DNA of 64,000 bases from Candidatus Aminicenantales bacterium (lineage in GTDB: Bacteria; Acidobacteriota; Aminicenantia; Aminicenantales; UBA4085): the NCBI GenBank assembly GCA_049515535.1, contig JBEKTZ010000002.1, forward strand, positions 147,467 to 211,466, written 5' to 3'. The notes beneath the pieces are model-generated. The model made no database searches. It was not told the DNA's origin and saw nothing but the letters and a program-made list of their open reading frames with translations. Positions 54,352 through 62,415 of this stretch are shown piece by piece (position 1 is the stretch's first letter; the number at the start of each line of letters is the position of its first letter). The position numbers and the translations under genes were made by a program.

Positions 54352-56925
54352 TTATCGGAAGTTCAGGACAAGTTCGTGTCGTACATATATGCCTGGAGGG
54401 CCGTCGGGGATTTGGATGTGAATCGTAGAGCCTTCCAAGGCTCCTCCCGTGACGGTCCGGATAAGACGGGCATTGGCCAACCGCAAATCGTAAATGCGGC
54501 CCGCGATCCCCTCGACGACGGCCTTCAGATTCCCGCCGTCCTGCGTCAGACGGATGATCCTCAAGCCCTTGTTGATATCCCCCGTTTCCGATTCATTGGC
54601 CGGAGGCAGGAATTCCGGGGCCGGATCCGTTTCGATTTCGATGAGGTCGCTCTGGGAAAGTCCGGTTTCCACGACGGGCCGGACGGCCTGAGCCAATGGG
54701 TTTGCCTCCAGCCGAAAGGCGATCTTCCGTCCGTTCAGGTTGATGCTTCGGACGCGGGTACCGAGGCCGAGAGCAGGGGCAAAGATCAGCCGGCACGGCG
54801 CGCTTTTCCGCCGTTCGATCTCCAGCGCGATCTTGTTCGCGGATTTTCGATAGCGCAGGGATAGGACTTCGTCCCCGATTTTATAATTCTCGATCGAGAC
54901 GTGCGTCCAGTCCGCCGGAAAGCGCGGCTCGAAACGGACCTCATGTTTTAAAGCGTCTCCTTCAAGTCCAAGCAGTCCCCGGATCAGGGGAAAAACGACG
55001 CCGCTCGAGGAGAAGCCTTGATGGCAAACGCCCTCCTGCGGCCAGATATTCTGTTCGCCGGAGAAGAGCTCGGTGACATATCCGAGCCCGTTGTCGAAAG
55101 TATGGCGAACGGCCGCCAGGAGCAGCCCGTAGCCCTGAAGCGCATAGTCGTTTTTGAATAGGGCTGTCGCCACCCAACCCGTGAGGAACGGCCAGACCGC
55201 GCCATAGTTGTAATTCAAGGGCTCGAAGAAAGCGCTTTTATTCGAAAGCATCCGGACTCCCCAGTCGGTGGTGAGTTCGGAGGCGTTCATCTTTTGGAGC
55301 GTCAGCATGCCGCGCCGGGCGTCGCCCTGACCCCAGGCGAGCGGAACCGCGCTCCACGGCGTAAGTTCCCTGACCTGTTTTCCGTCGGCGTTGAAAGCGT
55401 AAGCGTATTGCTCGTTCTCCGCGTCCCAGAACCTGGCGTCAAGCGCTTTTCTCGCCAGGTCATAATGGTCACGCGCCCGTTTCTCGGAAATTTGATCTCC
55501 CGCCGCTCGGGCCAACTGTTCCATGGCGGAATCCGCCCGGATGCCGGCCGCCGCGAGAAAAATATCGGTTTTGATGCCGGTGAGCGAACCGAATTCGAGG
55601 GCTCCGAGGCCGGCCCGGTCGTTATCCATGAGGCCGTCGCCGTCGGCGTCCGTGGACAGGCACCAGTCATAGGCTTTCTTGATCGAGGCCCAGCTCCGCC
55701 TCACGAACTCCGCGTCTCCCGACGCCCGCAGATAATCATAGCAGGCCGCGATGTAGAACGGCGTGGTGTCTCCATGGATATAGCCGTAAGGATAATCCTT
55801 GAACCAATCGAGATATCCGGCCGCCTGGGACAATTCGTGGGCCATTTTCCCATCGTCGCGCTGCCACTTTTGGGTGAAGGAAAGGGCGTCTTTGACCTCT
55901 GAAAACGCCCCATAGCTGTCAAGGCTCAAGGAATTCATGTAGGCGTCGCCTCCGAAAAACCAGCCGAAACCGGGACGGCCGCCCGTTCCCGATGTTCCCA
56001 GCCCGGCGACAAGCCCCCGGCCGAGGTCGGGATTGTCCACCATCAGGTTATCGTAAGCGACCTTGGCCCACTCGAAGGCCAGGTCGATTTTCCCTTCCGG
56101 CGTTTTGATCCGGAGCGTATCCTGCCGCAGGCGGCGATAATGATCCGCCGCGGCGCGATAAACAGATTCGGGGTCGGCAGCGAGCTTCTCATAGACCTTT
56201 CGGACGTCGTCGCGCTTTCCCTTGCCGCCGGCCATGACGATCGGAATGAATTTCCCTTTGACCTCGTCCTTGTTCTCGATCGCGATCTTGAATTGATTCG
56301 GGGAATCCGAGAGCATATGGGCCGGCGTATAGGAGATCCCCTGCGCGGCCGGCGACCCGATATATCCGTGGTTCTTTCGCGTCGGTTCGCTGATGAGATA
56401 GGCTCTCAGGCCGACGTCCCAGGAAGCGTATTGCCCGCCGAGGCCGGCCGGCCACATCGGCTGGAGCACGGGCAGGAAACTGCAGACGACCGTCACGGGC
56501 TCGGTCGTATCCACGGCCAGAAGGATGACGGCCCCGGGATCTTCGATCGCCGTGACGAATGTCGCCCTCATGGTGAACGATTGAAAGGCGTACGTCAGCG
56601 TCGTCGCCGCGGGCGTCACGGAAATGAAACGAACGATGTCCTTACCGAGAACGGCCTGCGTGCTCGAGCCGAGGAGAAACGAAAACTCGAAATTCCGGAT
56701 GAGCTTGAGCGGATAGGCCCAAGCCTCGAACGTTCCGCTTTCGTTGCCGAGCACGGCGAACCTCCGGCCGGCTTTGTCAAAATACGTGTTCGGCTGGGCG
56801 AGGCGACGGAGTTCGAGATCGTTCGACGCCGTGTCGAATCGCGGGACGAGCCCGTCGCGGTCTCCGGCCGACGCGGTGAACGCTCCCAGGACAAAAATTG
56901 AAAGTGCGAAAATGATTTTTTTCAT
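54352..56925 (-). CDS. Secreted (alpha/alpha)6-barrel glycosidase, glycogen-debranching/amylo-1,6-glucosidase-like
   Basis: Signal peptide; AGL...GFGWFFGGDA, DTTPFYI and YNYGAVWPFLTGW motifs, plus ELFS. Confidence 0.7.
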   Translation of the reverse strand: MKKIIFALSIFVLGAFTASAGDRDGLVPRFDTASNDLELRRLAQPNTYFDKAGRRFAVLGNESGTFEAWAYPLKLIRNFEFSFLLGSSTQAVLGKDIVRFISVTPAATTLTYAFQSFTMRATFVTAIEDPGAVILLAVDTTEPVTVVCSFLPVLQPMWPAGLGGQYASWDVGLRAYLISEPTRKNHGYIGSPAAQGISYTPAHMLSDSPNQFKIAIENKDEVKGKFIPIVMAGGKGKRDDVRKVYEKLAADPESVYRAAADHYRRLRQDTLRIKTPEGKIDLAFEWAKVAYDNLMVDNPDLGRGLVAGLGTSGTGGRPGFGWFFGGDAYMNSLSLDSYGAFSEVKDALSFTQKWQRDDGKMAHELSQAAGYLDWFKDYPYGYIHGDTTPFYIAACYDYLRASGDAEFVRRSWASIKKAYDWCLSTDADGDGLMDNDRAGLGALEFGSLTGIKTDIFLAAAGIRADSAMEQLARAAGDQISEKRARDHYDLARKALDARFWDAENEQYAYAFNADGKQVRELTPWSAVPLAWGQGDARRGMLTLQKMNASELTTDWGVRMLSNKSAFFEPLNYNYGAVWPFLTGWVATALFKNDYALQGYGLLLAAVRHTFDNGLGYVTELFSGEQNIWPQEGVCHQGFSSSGVVFPLIRGLLGLEGDALKHEVRFEPRFPADWTHVSIENYKIGDEVLSLRYRKSANKIALEIERRKSAPCRLIFAPALGLGTRVRSINLNGRKIAFRLEANPLAQAVRPVVETGLSQSDLIEIETDPAPEFLPPANESETGDINKGLRIIRLTQDGGNLKAVVEGIAGRIYDLRLANARLIRTVTGGALEGSTIHIQIPDGPPGIYVRHELVLNFR

Positions 56926-56989
56926 AGCCGCCCCTTTCTCAACGCATCATCGGAAAAATGATCGCCATCGAGATCCGGATGCATTCCAA

Positions 56990-57547
56990 TCAACCTTCGA
57001 ACGTGTTGAACCAGGCGATGTCATCGAGGGACTTGCGTCGCTGCTCCCTCTTCGGCTTATGTTCATAATAGCCCATCGCCAGCAACGCGACAATCTTGTA
57101 TTTGCGCGGGATCTTGAAAAATTTGCGCGTCTTCCGAATGTGAAACCAGCCGATCCAGCACGTGCCGAGCCCGAATTCTTCCGCTTGAAGGACGAGGTGC
57201 TCGCCGGCGATGCCGACATCGATCATGTAGAAGGGAATCTTCTGGACCTGTCGGCCGAGCCGGTTGGCCAGGAAATCGAGCCTGGCCAGGATGAGAACGA
57301 GAATCGGGGCTTCGGCCGCGAAACGGCAACTGGAATAAATCCCGGAAAAGGCTTCTTTGGCGAACCGGGCCTTAAGATCCGGCTCATCGAGCACAAGGAA
57401 TCTCCAGGTCTGGGCGTTCTCGGCCGACGGGGCCAGGCGCGCCGCTTCAAGGCAAGCCGTGATTTTTTCGCGTTCGACCGGTTTGGGAAGATAGCGCCGG
57501 ATGCTCCGCCGGCTTCGGACGAGCTGTTGGAACGGTGTCAAGATCAT
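56990..57547 (-). CDS. Nitroreductase family protein (alternative start 57562)
   Basis: RRSIRRY, APSAENAQTW and GLGTCWIG motifs. Confidence 0.88.
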   Translation of the reverse strand: MILTPFQQLVRSRRSIRRYLPKPVEREKITACLEAARLAPSAENAQTWRFLVLDEPDLKARFAKEAFSGIYSSCRFAAEAPILVLILARLDFLANRLGRQVQKIPFYMIDVGIAGEHLVLQAEEFGLGTCWIGWFHIRKTRKFFKIPRKYKIVALLAMGYYEHKPKREQRRKSLDDIAWFNTFEG

Positions 57548-57837
57548 GATGTCATCTCTCATTTGATCAAGCGCAACCGCCCGTCTCCTTTTGCCCCAAT
57601 AGGACCGGCGGCCGTCCCGCATGGGAAAAAACGGGCAGCATCGACGCAAAAATCCCGGCCGGGCAGAGGCCCATGACGATTCGCCGGGCTTGGTTCGTTC
57701 TCATCCTTCCTCCTTCCGTTCGAACTCCGCAGGAATCGAATTTCTTTTTATATACCAAAATCAAAATAAATATGATATAGTCTGGCCAAAGAACCTTTAC
57801 GGGAATGATCTCGTATAAGAGAAGAAGGAGGAAAAGC

Positions 57838-58872
57838 ATGAAAAAATTTGCTGCTGTCGGATTGGCCCTCGCCTGCGTGTTGCTCGGCTTCGCCGCTTGT
57901 AACAAGAGCGCGGGAAACGGGTCGGAAAATGCGCTCTCCCTGATCCCGACGGACACCCAGGGCGTCGTCGTCATCGACATCCATAAGGCCATGACCACCG
58001 CCATCGCGGATAAGGCCATCAAGGAAAGCCAAGAGTTTCAGAAGTACCAGGAGTTCATCAAAGAGACGGGAATCGATCCCCAAAAGGACATTGATTTCGC
58101 CGCCATCGGCATTTCAGGCATAGGGAAGTCCGGGGAATCCTCCGGCGCCGGCGTCGGGGTTATCAGCTTGAAATACAACAAAGACACATTGCTGGCCAAA
58201 TTTAAAGCCAAAGCGACGGACGTAAAAGAAGCGAACTATGAGGGTGTGACGCTCTACACGGCAAGGGAAGGCAACGGCCAAAAACCCGTGTGGGGCGCCT
58301 TCCTTGACGATTCCCGCATCGTTCTCGGCACGGAAACGAGCGTCAAAGCGGTCATCGATGTCTTCGCCAAAAAAGCCGACAATATCTACAAGAACGCCGG
58401 CATGGCCGCTCTGTTCAAAACGGCGAACAAAAAGGCCATGATCTGGTGTGCGTTCGATTTCCCGCCCGACATGATGAAAAACGTCGCGTCCTCGACCCCG
58501 ATGATGTCCGACGTAGCCGGCGTCAAAGCCCTTCTCGCCTATTTCGATTATGCCAATAAGTCTCTCCAGCTCGAGATTAAAGCCATCGGCGGAGACGCCG
58601 ACAAGAATAAAAAGCTCGCGGACGCCCTCATCGGATTCAAGGCCCTGGGCGGAATGGCCTCCGGCGATAAACCCGAGGTCGGCGAACTGTTGAACAAGAT
58701 CGAGATTTCCTCGGCGCCTGATTCCGTCAAGATCTTCGCCAACGTTCCCGAAGACCTTTTGAACAAGCTCAGCGCGACCGCCCAGAAGACGGTCGAAGAG
58801 AAGATCGCCGGGGCGAAAAGCGAAGAAAAGAAGGACGAGAAGAAAGAAGAGAAGAAAGAGGTCAAGAAATAA
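57838..58872 (+). CDS. Hypothetical lipoprotein
   Basis: AAGGAGG RBS; lipobox FAAC; charged EEKK tail. Confidence 0.75.
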   Translation: MKKFAAVGLALACVLLGFAACNKSAGNGSENALSLIPTDTQGVVVIDIHKAMTTAIADKAIKESQEFQKYQEFIKETGIDPQKDIDFAAIGISGIGKSGESSGAGVGVISLKYNKDTLLAKFKAKATDVKEANYEGVTLYTAREGNGQKPVWGAFLDDSRIVLGTETSVKAVIDVFAKKADNIYKNAGMAALFKTANKKAMIWCAFDFPPDMMKNVASSTPMMSDVAGVKALLAYFDYANKSLQLEIKAIGGDADKNKKLADALIGFKALGGMASGDKPEVGELLNKIEISSAPDSVKIFANVPEDLLNKLSATAQKTVEEKIAGAKSEEKKDEKKEEKKEVKK

Positions 58873-58881
58873 CGCCGAGGG

Positions 58882-59676
58882 TCAATCCTCGAAGATATAT
58901 TCTTTCCTGGAAAAGACCAGGCAGGCCAAGCAGAGAAAAACGACCGTAAGGACGAGGAGCGTCACTATGGCCACGGCTGGATGACTGGGTTCCAGGTTGA
59001 ACTTTAGAAAAGAAATCTTTCCGTCATCCGAAGACATCGCGGGCAGCAAAGATTTCAAGTAATGTATGATCGTAAATTTTTGTGTTGAGCCCGGAAAATA
59101 CTGGACGACGTTCTCCCATCCAAAACTGAAAAACAGGCCGAAAATGACGGCCCTTTTGAAGAACGTCCCCAGAAATGTGAAGAAGGCCGTATAACAGAAG
59201 AGGCCGGTGACCAACACGCCCATGCTTCGAAAAAGCATCGTCCAGGCGGACGGCTCGGAGATCTGGCCGATGTGGAGAATCAGGAAAGACACGACGATGC
59301 CGGCGGCCATGGCGCCTATGAGGAAGGCCATATAAGCCGCATACTTGCCCAGGATGATAGCGGATTTCGAGACAGGCCGGGTCGTCAGGTAGGTCAGCGT
59401 CTTTCCTTCCAGTTCCTCCGAACAAATCGATGTCCCATAGAAAAGGGCCAGCATGAGGATCAGGAATTGCAGGTAGAAGCTCATGATGATGTTGAGAAAA
59501 ACGGACGGACCGTCGATGAGAGCGCCTCTGGAGAAGATCTGGTTGAGCTGAAGAACGAGCGAAATCGCCACGGGCAGGCAGCCGATGAGGAAAAAAGCCT
59601 TGGTCCGGCGCGCCCTGCGCCCGATAAAAAAGAACAGCGAGAAAATGGAGCGCACAGCGTTTCGGGTCATCGTCAT
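58882..59676 (-). CDS. ABC-2 type transporter permease
   Basis: EELEGKTLTYLTTRPVSK...GKY motif; 6 TM segments. Confidence 0.88.
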   Translation of the reverse strand: MTMTRNAVRSIFSLFFFIGRRARRTKAFFLIGCLPVAISLVLQLNQIFSRGALIDGPSVFLNIIMSFYLQFLILMLALFYGTSICSEELEGKTLTYLTTRPVSKSAIILGKYAAYMAFLIGAMAAGIVVSFLILHIGQISEPSAWTMLFRSMGVLVTGLFCYTAFFTFLGTFFKRAVIFGLFFSFGWENVVQYFPGSTQKFTIIHYLKSLLPAMSSDDGKISFLKFNLEPSHPAVAIVTLLVLTVVFLCLACLVFSRKEYIFED

Positions 59677-60599
59677 TTTCCTATGAGATAATCGAAAACC
59701 GCTTGAAGATTGTCGTCGGGCGACGTGATCTCCTCGACGTCGATGTCGCCGTCGACGATCAGGCGGGGCAAGAGCTCGAAGAATTTATCGCGGTTCCGCG
59801 TCTCGAAGACGACCGTATCCGGCGCCGCGCCGAACCGGATATCCATGACCGATGGCTCTTCGACCAGGCGGGCGGCCAAACCGCGGGCCTCGCTGCATCT
59901 CACGGAGACCATGTGGGGATGCTGATCGATCAGATCGCGGATGTAGTGAATGTCGCCCTGGGCCAAGATTTTCCCCTGATGGAGAAGGATGATCGTCCGC
60001 GTCAGGGCTTCGATCTCGGGCAGGACATGGCTCGAAATGACCACGGTCTTTCCAGCGTCCTTTTGATCCTTGAGCATCCGGATGACCTTGCGCTTGCTCA
60101 GAGGATCCAGCCCGTTCAACGGCTCATCGAGGATGATGATCTCCGGGTCGTGGGCCACGGCTTGGGCCACCTTAAGCCTCTGCCGCATGCCGCGGCTATA
60201 GCCCCTGACCAACCGATCTTTGTCTTTATAAAGCTCGACGAAATCGAGCGCTTGTTTCGCCTTGGATTCAATCTCGCAGCGCGAAAACGAGTACAGACGC
60301 AACAGGCTCGTCAAAAACTCCCAACCCGTCATCCCTTCGTAGAAAGCGTCCTGTTCCGGGCAAAATCCGATCGACGCGAATATCCGGGAATTGTTCCAGA
60401 TATTCTCGCCGCGAATGGAGGCCCATCCGATGCTCGGCTTTATCTGTCCCGTGATGAGCTTCAGCAGCGTGGATTTTCCGGCCCCATTCGGGCCGAGAAG
60501 CCCGGTGATCCCCGGCTCGATCTCGAGCGAGACGTCGGACAGGCCGAGGATGTTGCCGTACCATTTGCTGAGCCTTTGCGTCCGGATGACGGCCGTCAC
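59673..60599 (-). CDS. ABC transporter ATP-binding protein
   Basis: GTG start; GPNGAGKST, YSRGMRQR and LDEP motifs. Confidence 0.92.
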   Translation of the reverse strand: MTAVIRTQRLSKWYGNILGLSDVSLEIEPGITGLLGPNGAGKSTLLKLITGQIKPSIGWASIRGENIWNNSRIFASIGFCPEQDAFYEGMTGWEFLTSLLRLYSFSRCEIESKAKQALDFVELYKDKDRLVRGYSRGMRQRLKVAQAVAHDPEIIILDEPLNGLDPLSKRKVIRMLKDQKDAGKTVVISSHVLPEIEALTRTIILLHQGKILAQGDIHYIRDLIDQHPHMVSVRCSEARGLAARLVEEPSVMDIRFGAAPDTVVFETRNRDKFFELLPRLIVDGDIDVEEITSPDDNLQAVFDYLIGK

Positions 60600-61486
60600 C
60601 GAATCACCTCGACGCTCCGTATTTTTTTTATCAGCACGAAGCCGGACAGGCCGCAGACGGCGGCGAGGATGATCAGGGAATAGAACCACGGAACATTGTA
60701 AAGAGGCCTGACCCGGAAAAGAAACGCGCCGATTTGTTGGAGGTTGCCGTGGATCGAGAACAGCGCGAAATACGGACTTCTGAAACTCAAGTAAAAAATA
60801 CCGAAACAGATATCCGAGAGGATATAGATCAGAATCATGAAAATAGAGACAAAAAGACGGCTCCGGCTGAGGCAGGAAACAAGGAGCGTGTAAAAGGCGA
60901 AGAAGATCGAGAAAAGGAAGGAGCAGGCGATCACGGACAGGGGAAGCCAAGGATAGTCCGTCAGAAATTTAAAGCTTCCGGAAAGGACGAGCTTAGCGAT
61001 GATGAAAAGGAGGCCGGGCACGAGGGTCATGGTCAGTAGGAAGAACAGGACCGTCGAAATTTTTCCCAGAAAATAATCCCGTCTGCGGAGCGGCCTGGAA
61101 AAATAGAGCTGAAGGGAATTGTTTTTCAAATCGTCGGTCATGAGCCAGGCGCCGCTGGGGATCAAGGCGATGATGATCAGAAGCAAGATAAACCAGCTCG
61201 TGAAATAGTCCTTGAACCTTTCCGGGCTGGCCTGGATGGCCGTCAGAACCTGGGTCGGCCCCCCCCTCCGGCCTCTGAAAATGGATTGGAAATCCTCGAA
61301 GTGTTCGGAGATATAGATCATCGTGAGAGGGACGACCATCGGAAGGAGCGAAAACAGATAGCTGAAGATGAACAGTTTCCGCTTCAGCGCCTGGCGGATG
61401 CCCCGCCTCGCGATCGGCCACCAGGGAAACCGCCGTTCGACGAAGGTTCCCTGCCAATGGACGTATCCCCGTTCCGAGATCGGCAT
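60596..61486 (-). CDS. ABC-2 type transporter permease
   Basis: DDLKNNSLQLYFSRPLRRRDYFLGK motif; TGATG coupling with the upstream ATPase. Confidence 0.88.
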   Translation of the reverse strand: MPISERGYVHWQGTFVERRFPWWPIARRGIRQALKRKLFIFSYLFSLLPMVVPLTMIYISEHFEDFQSIFRGRRGGPTQVLTAIQASPERFKDYFTSWFILLLIIIALIPSGAWLMTDDLKNNSLQLYFSRPLRRRDYFLGKISTVLFFLLTMTLVPGLLFIIAKLVLSGSFKFLTDYPWLPLSVIACSFLFSIFFAFYTLLVSCLSRSRLFVSIFMILIYILSDICFGIFYLSFRSPYFALFSIHGNLQQIGAFLFRVRPLYNVPWFYSLIILAAVCGLSGFVLIKKIRSVEVIR

Positions 61487-62397
61487 CAATCCACTCCCAC
61501 CGTCTGGGCGAAAAGGTCCTCGAGCGAGGTCCGGCTCTTGACGAAATACCGGATTTGAACATCTTCCCGGACCGCCGCCCGGAAGATCTCGCGGCGAGAA
61601 AGGTTCGCCGGCATATAGATTTTCATGAGCTGTTCTTCGGTCTCTTCAACGCGGCAGCCCAGGTCTTTCAAGACTTGGAGAAACCTCCCGGTCTCCCCCT
61701 TCGTTCTAATCTCATATAGGCTGTATTGAATTTCCTTCAGGGTTTCGAGTTCTCCCTGGGCCGCGACCGCTCCCTTGTTCAGGATGACGACATGCGAACA
61801 GGTGAATTCGATGTCGGTGAGGATGTGAGACGACACGAGGATCTGGATGTCTTTCTTGGAAGAGATGTCTTTGATGAGGTCGAGAATCTCGTTTCGTCCC
61901 TGAGGGTCCAAGTTGCTCGTCGGCTCATCCAGAAAAAGGAGCTTCGGATCGTGGACGAGGGCCTGGGCCAGCTTCAGCCGTTGTTTCATTCCGGCCGAAT
62001 ACGTCTCAAGAGAACGATAGCGCGCCTCACCAAGCCCGACATAAAAAAGGACATCATGAGCCCGTTTCATGGCTTCCTGCCGGGGCATGCCCGAGAGCTC
62101 GCCGAAATAGGCGGTGAATGTCACAGCATCCATTCCTGGGATGAGACAGTCGTCCTCGGGCATGTACCCGACAGACCGGCGGATGAGAAACTGATCCTTT
62201 TGGATGTCATAGCCAAGGACCCGGCCTTCGCCCCGGTCGGGCCGGAGAAAGCCGAGCAGGATCCGGAGGAGCGTGCTTTTGCCCGCGCCGTTCGGACCCA
62301 GGAGTCCGCAGGCGCCTTCGCCGAGGGCAAGGGTCACTCCGTCAAGCGCGGTGATCTTCCCATAATGGAAATGGATATCCTTGAGTTCGATGTTCAT
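61486..62397 (-). CDS. ABC transporter ATP-binding protein
   Basis: GPNGAGKST, YSAGMKQR and LDEP motifs. Confidence 0.92.
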   Translation of the reverse strand: MNIELKDIHFHYGKITALDGVTLALGEGACGLLGPNGAGKSTLLRILLGFLRPDRGEGRVLGYDIQKDQFLIRRSVGYMPEDDCLIPGMDAVTFTAYFGELSGMPRQEAMKRAHDVLFYVGLGEARYRSLETYSAGMKQRLKLAQALVHDPKLLFLDEPTSNLDPQGRNEILDLIKDISSKKDIQILVSSHILTDIEFTCSHVVILNKGAVAAQGELETLKEIQYSLYEIRTKGETGRFLQVLKDLGCRVEETEEQLMKIYMPANLSRREIFRAAVREDVQIRYFVKSRTSLEDLFAQTVGVD

Positions 62398-62415
62398 GAC
62401 AATAAATAATGTTCT

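Noticed and set aside
57620-57700. GACGCAAA...CCCGGCC...GCCGGG resembling a c-di-GMP-I riboswitch
   Set aside because: The GGCAAA-P1-GNRA arm is missing and the P2 pairing is poor. An Infernal search with RF01051 would settle it.
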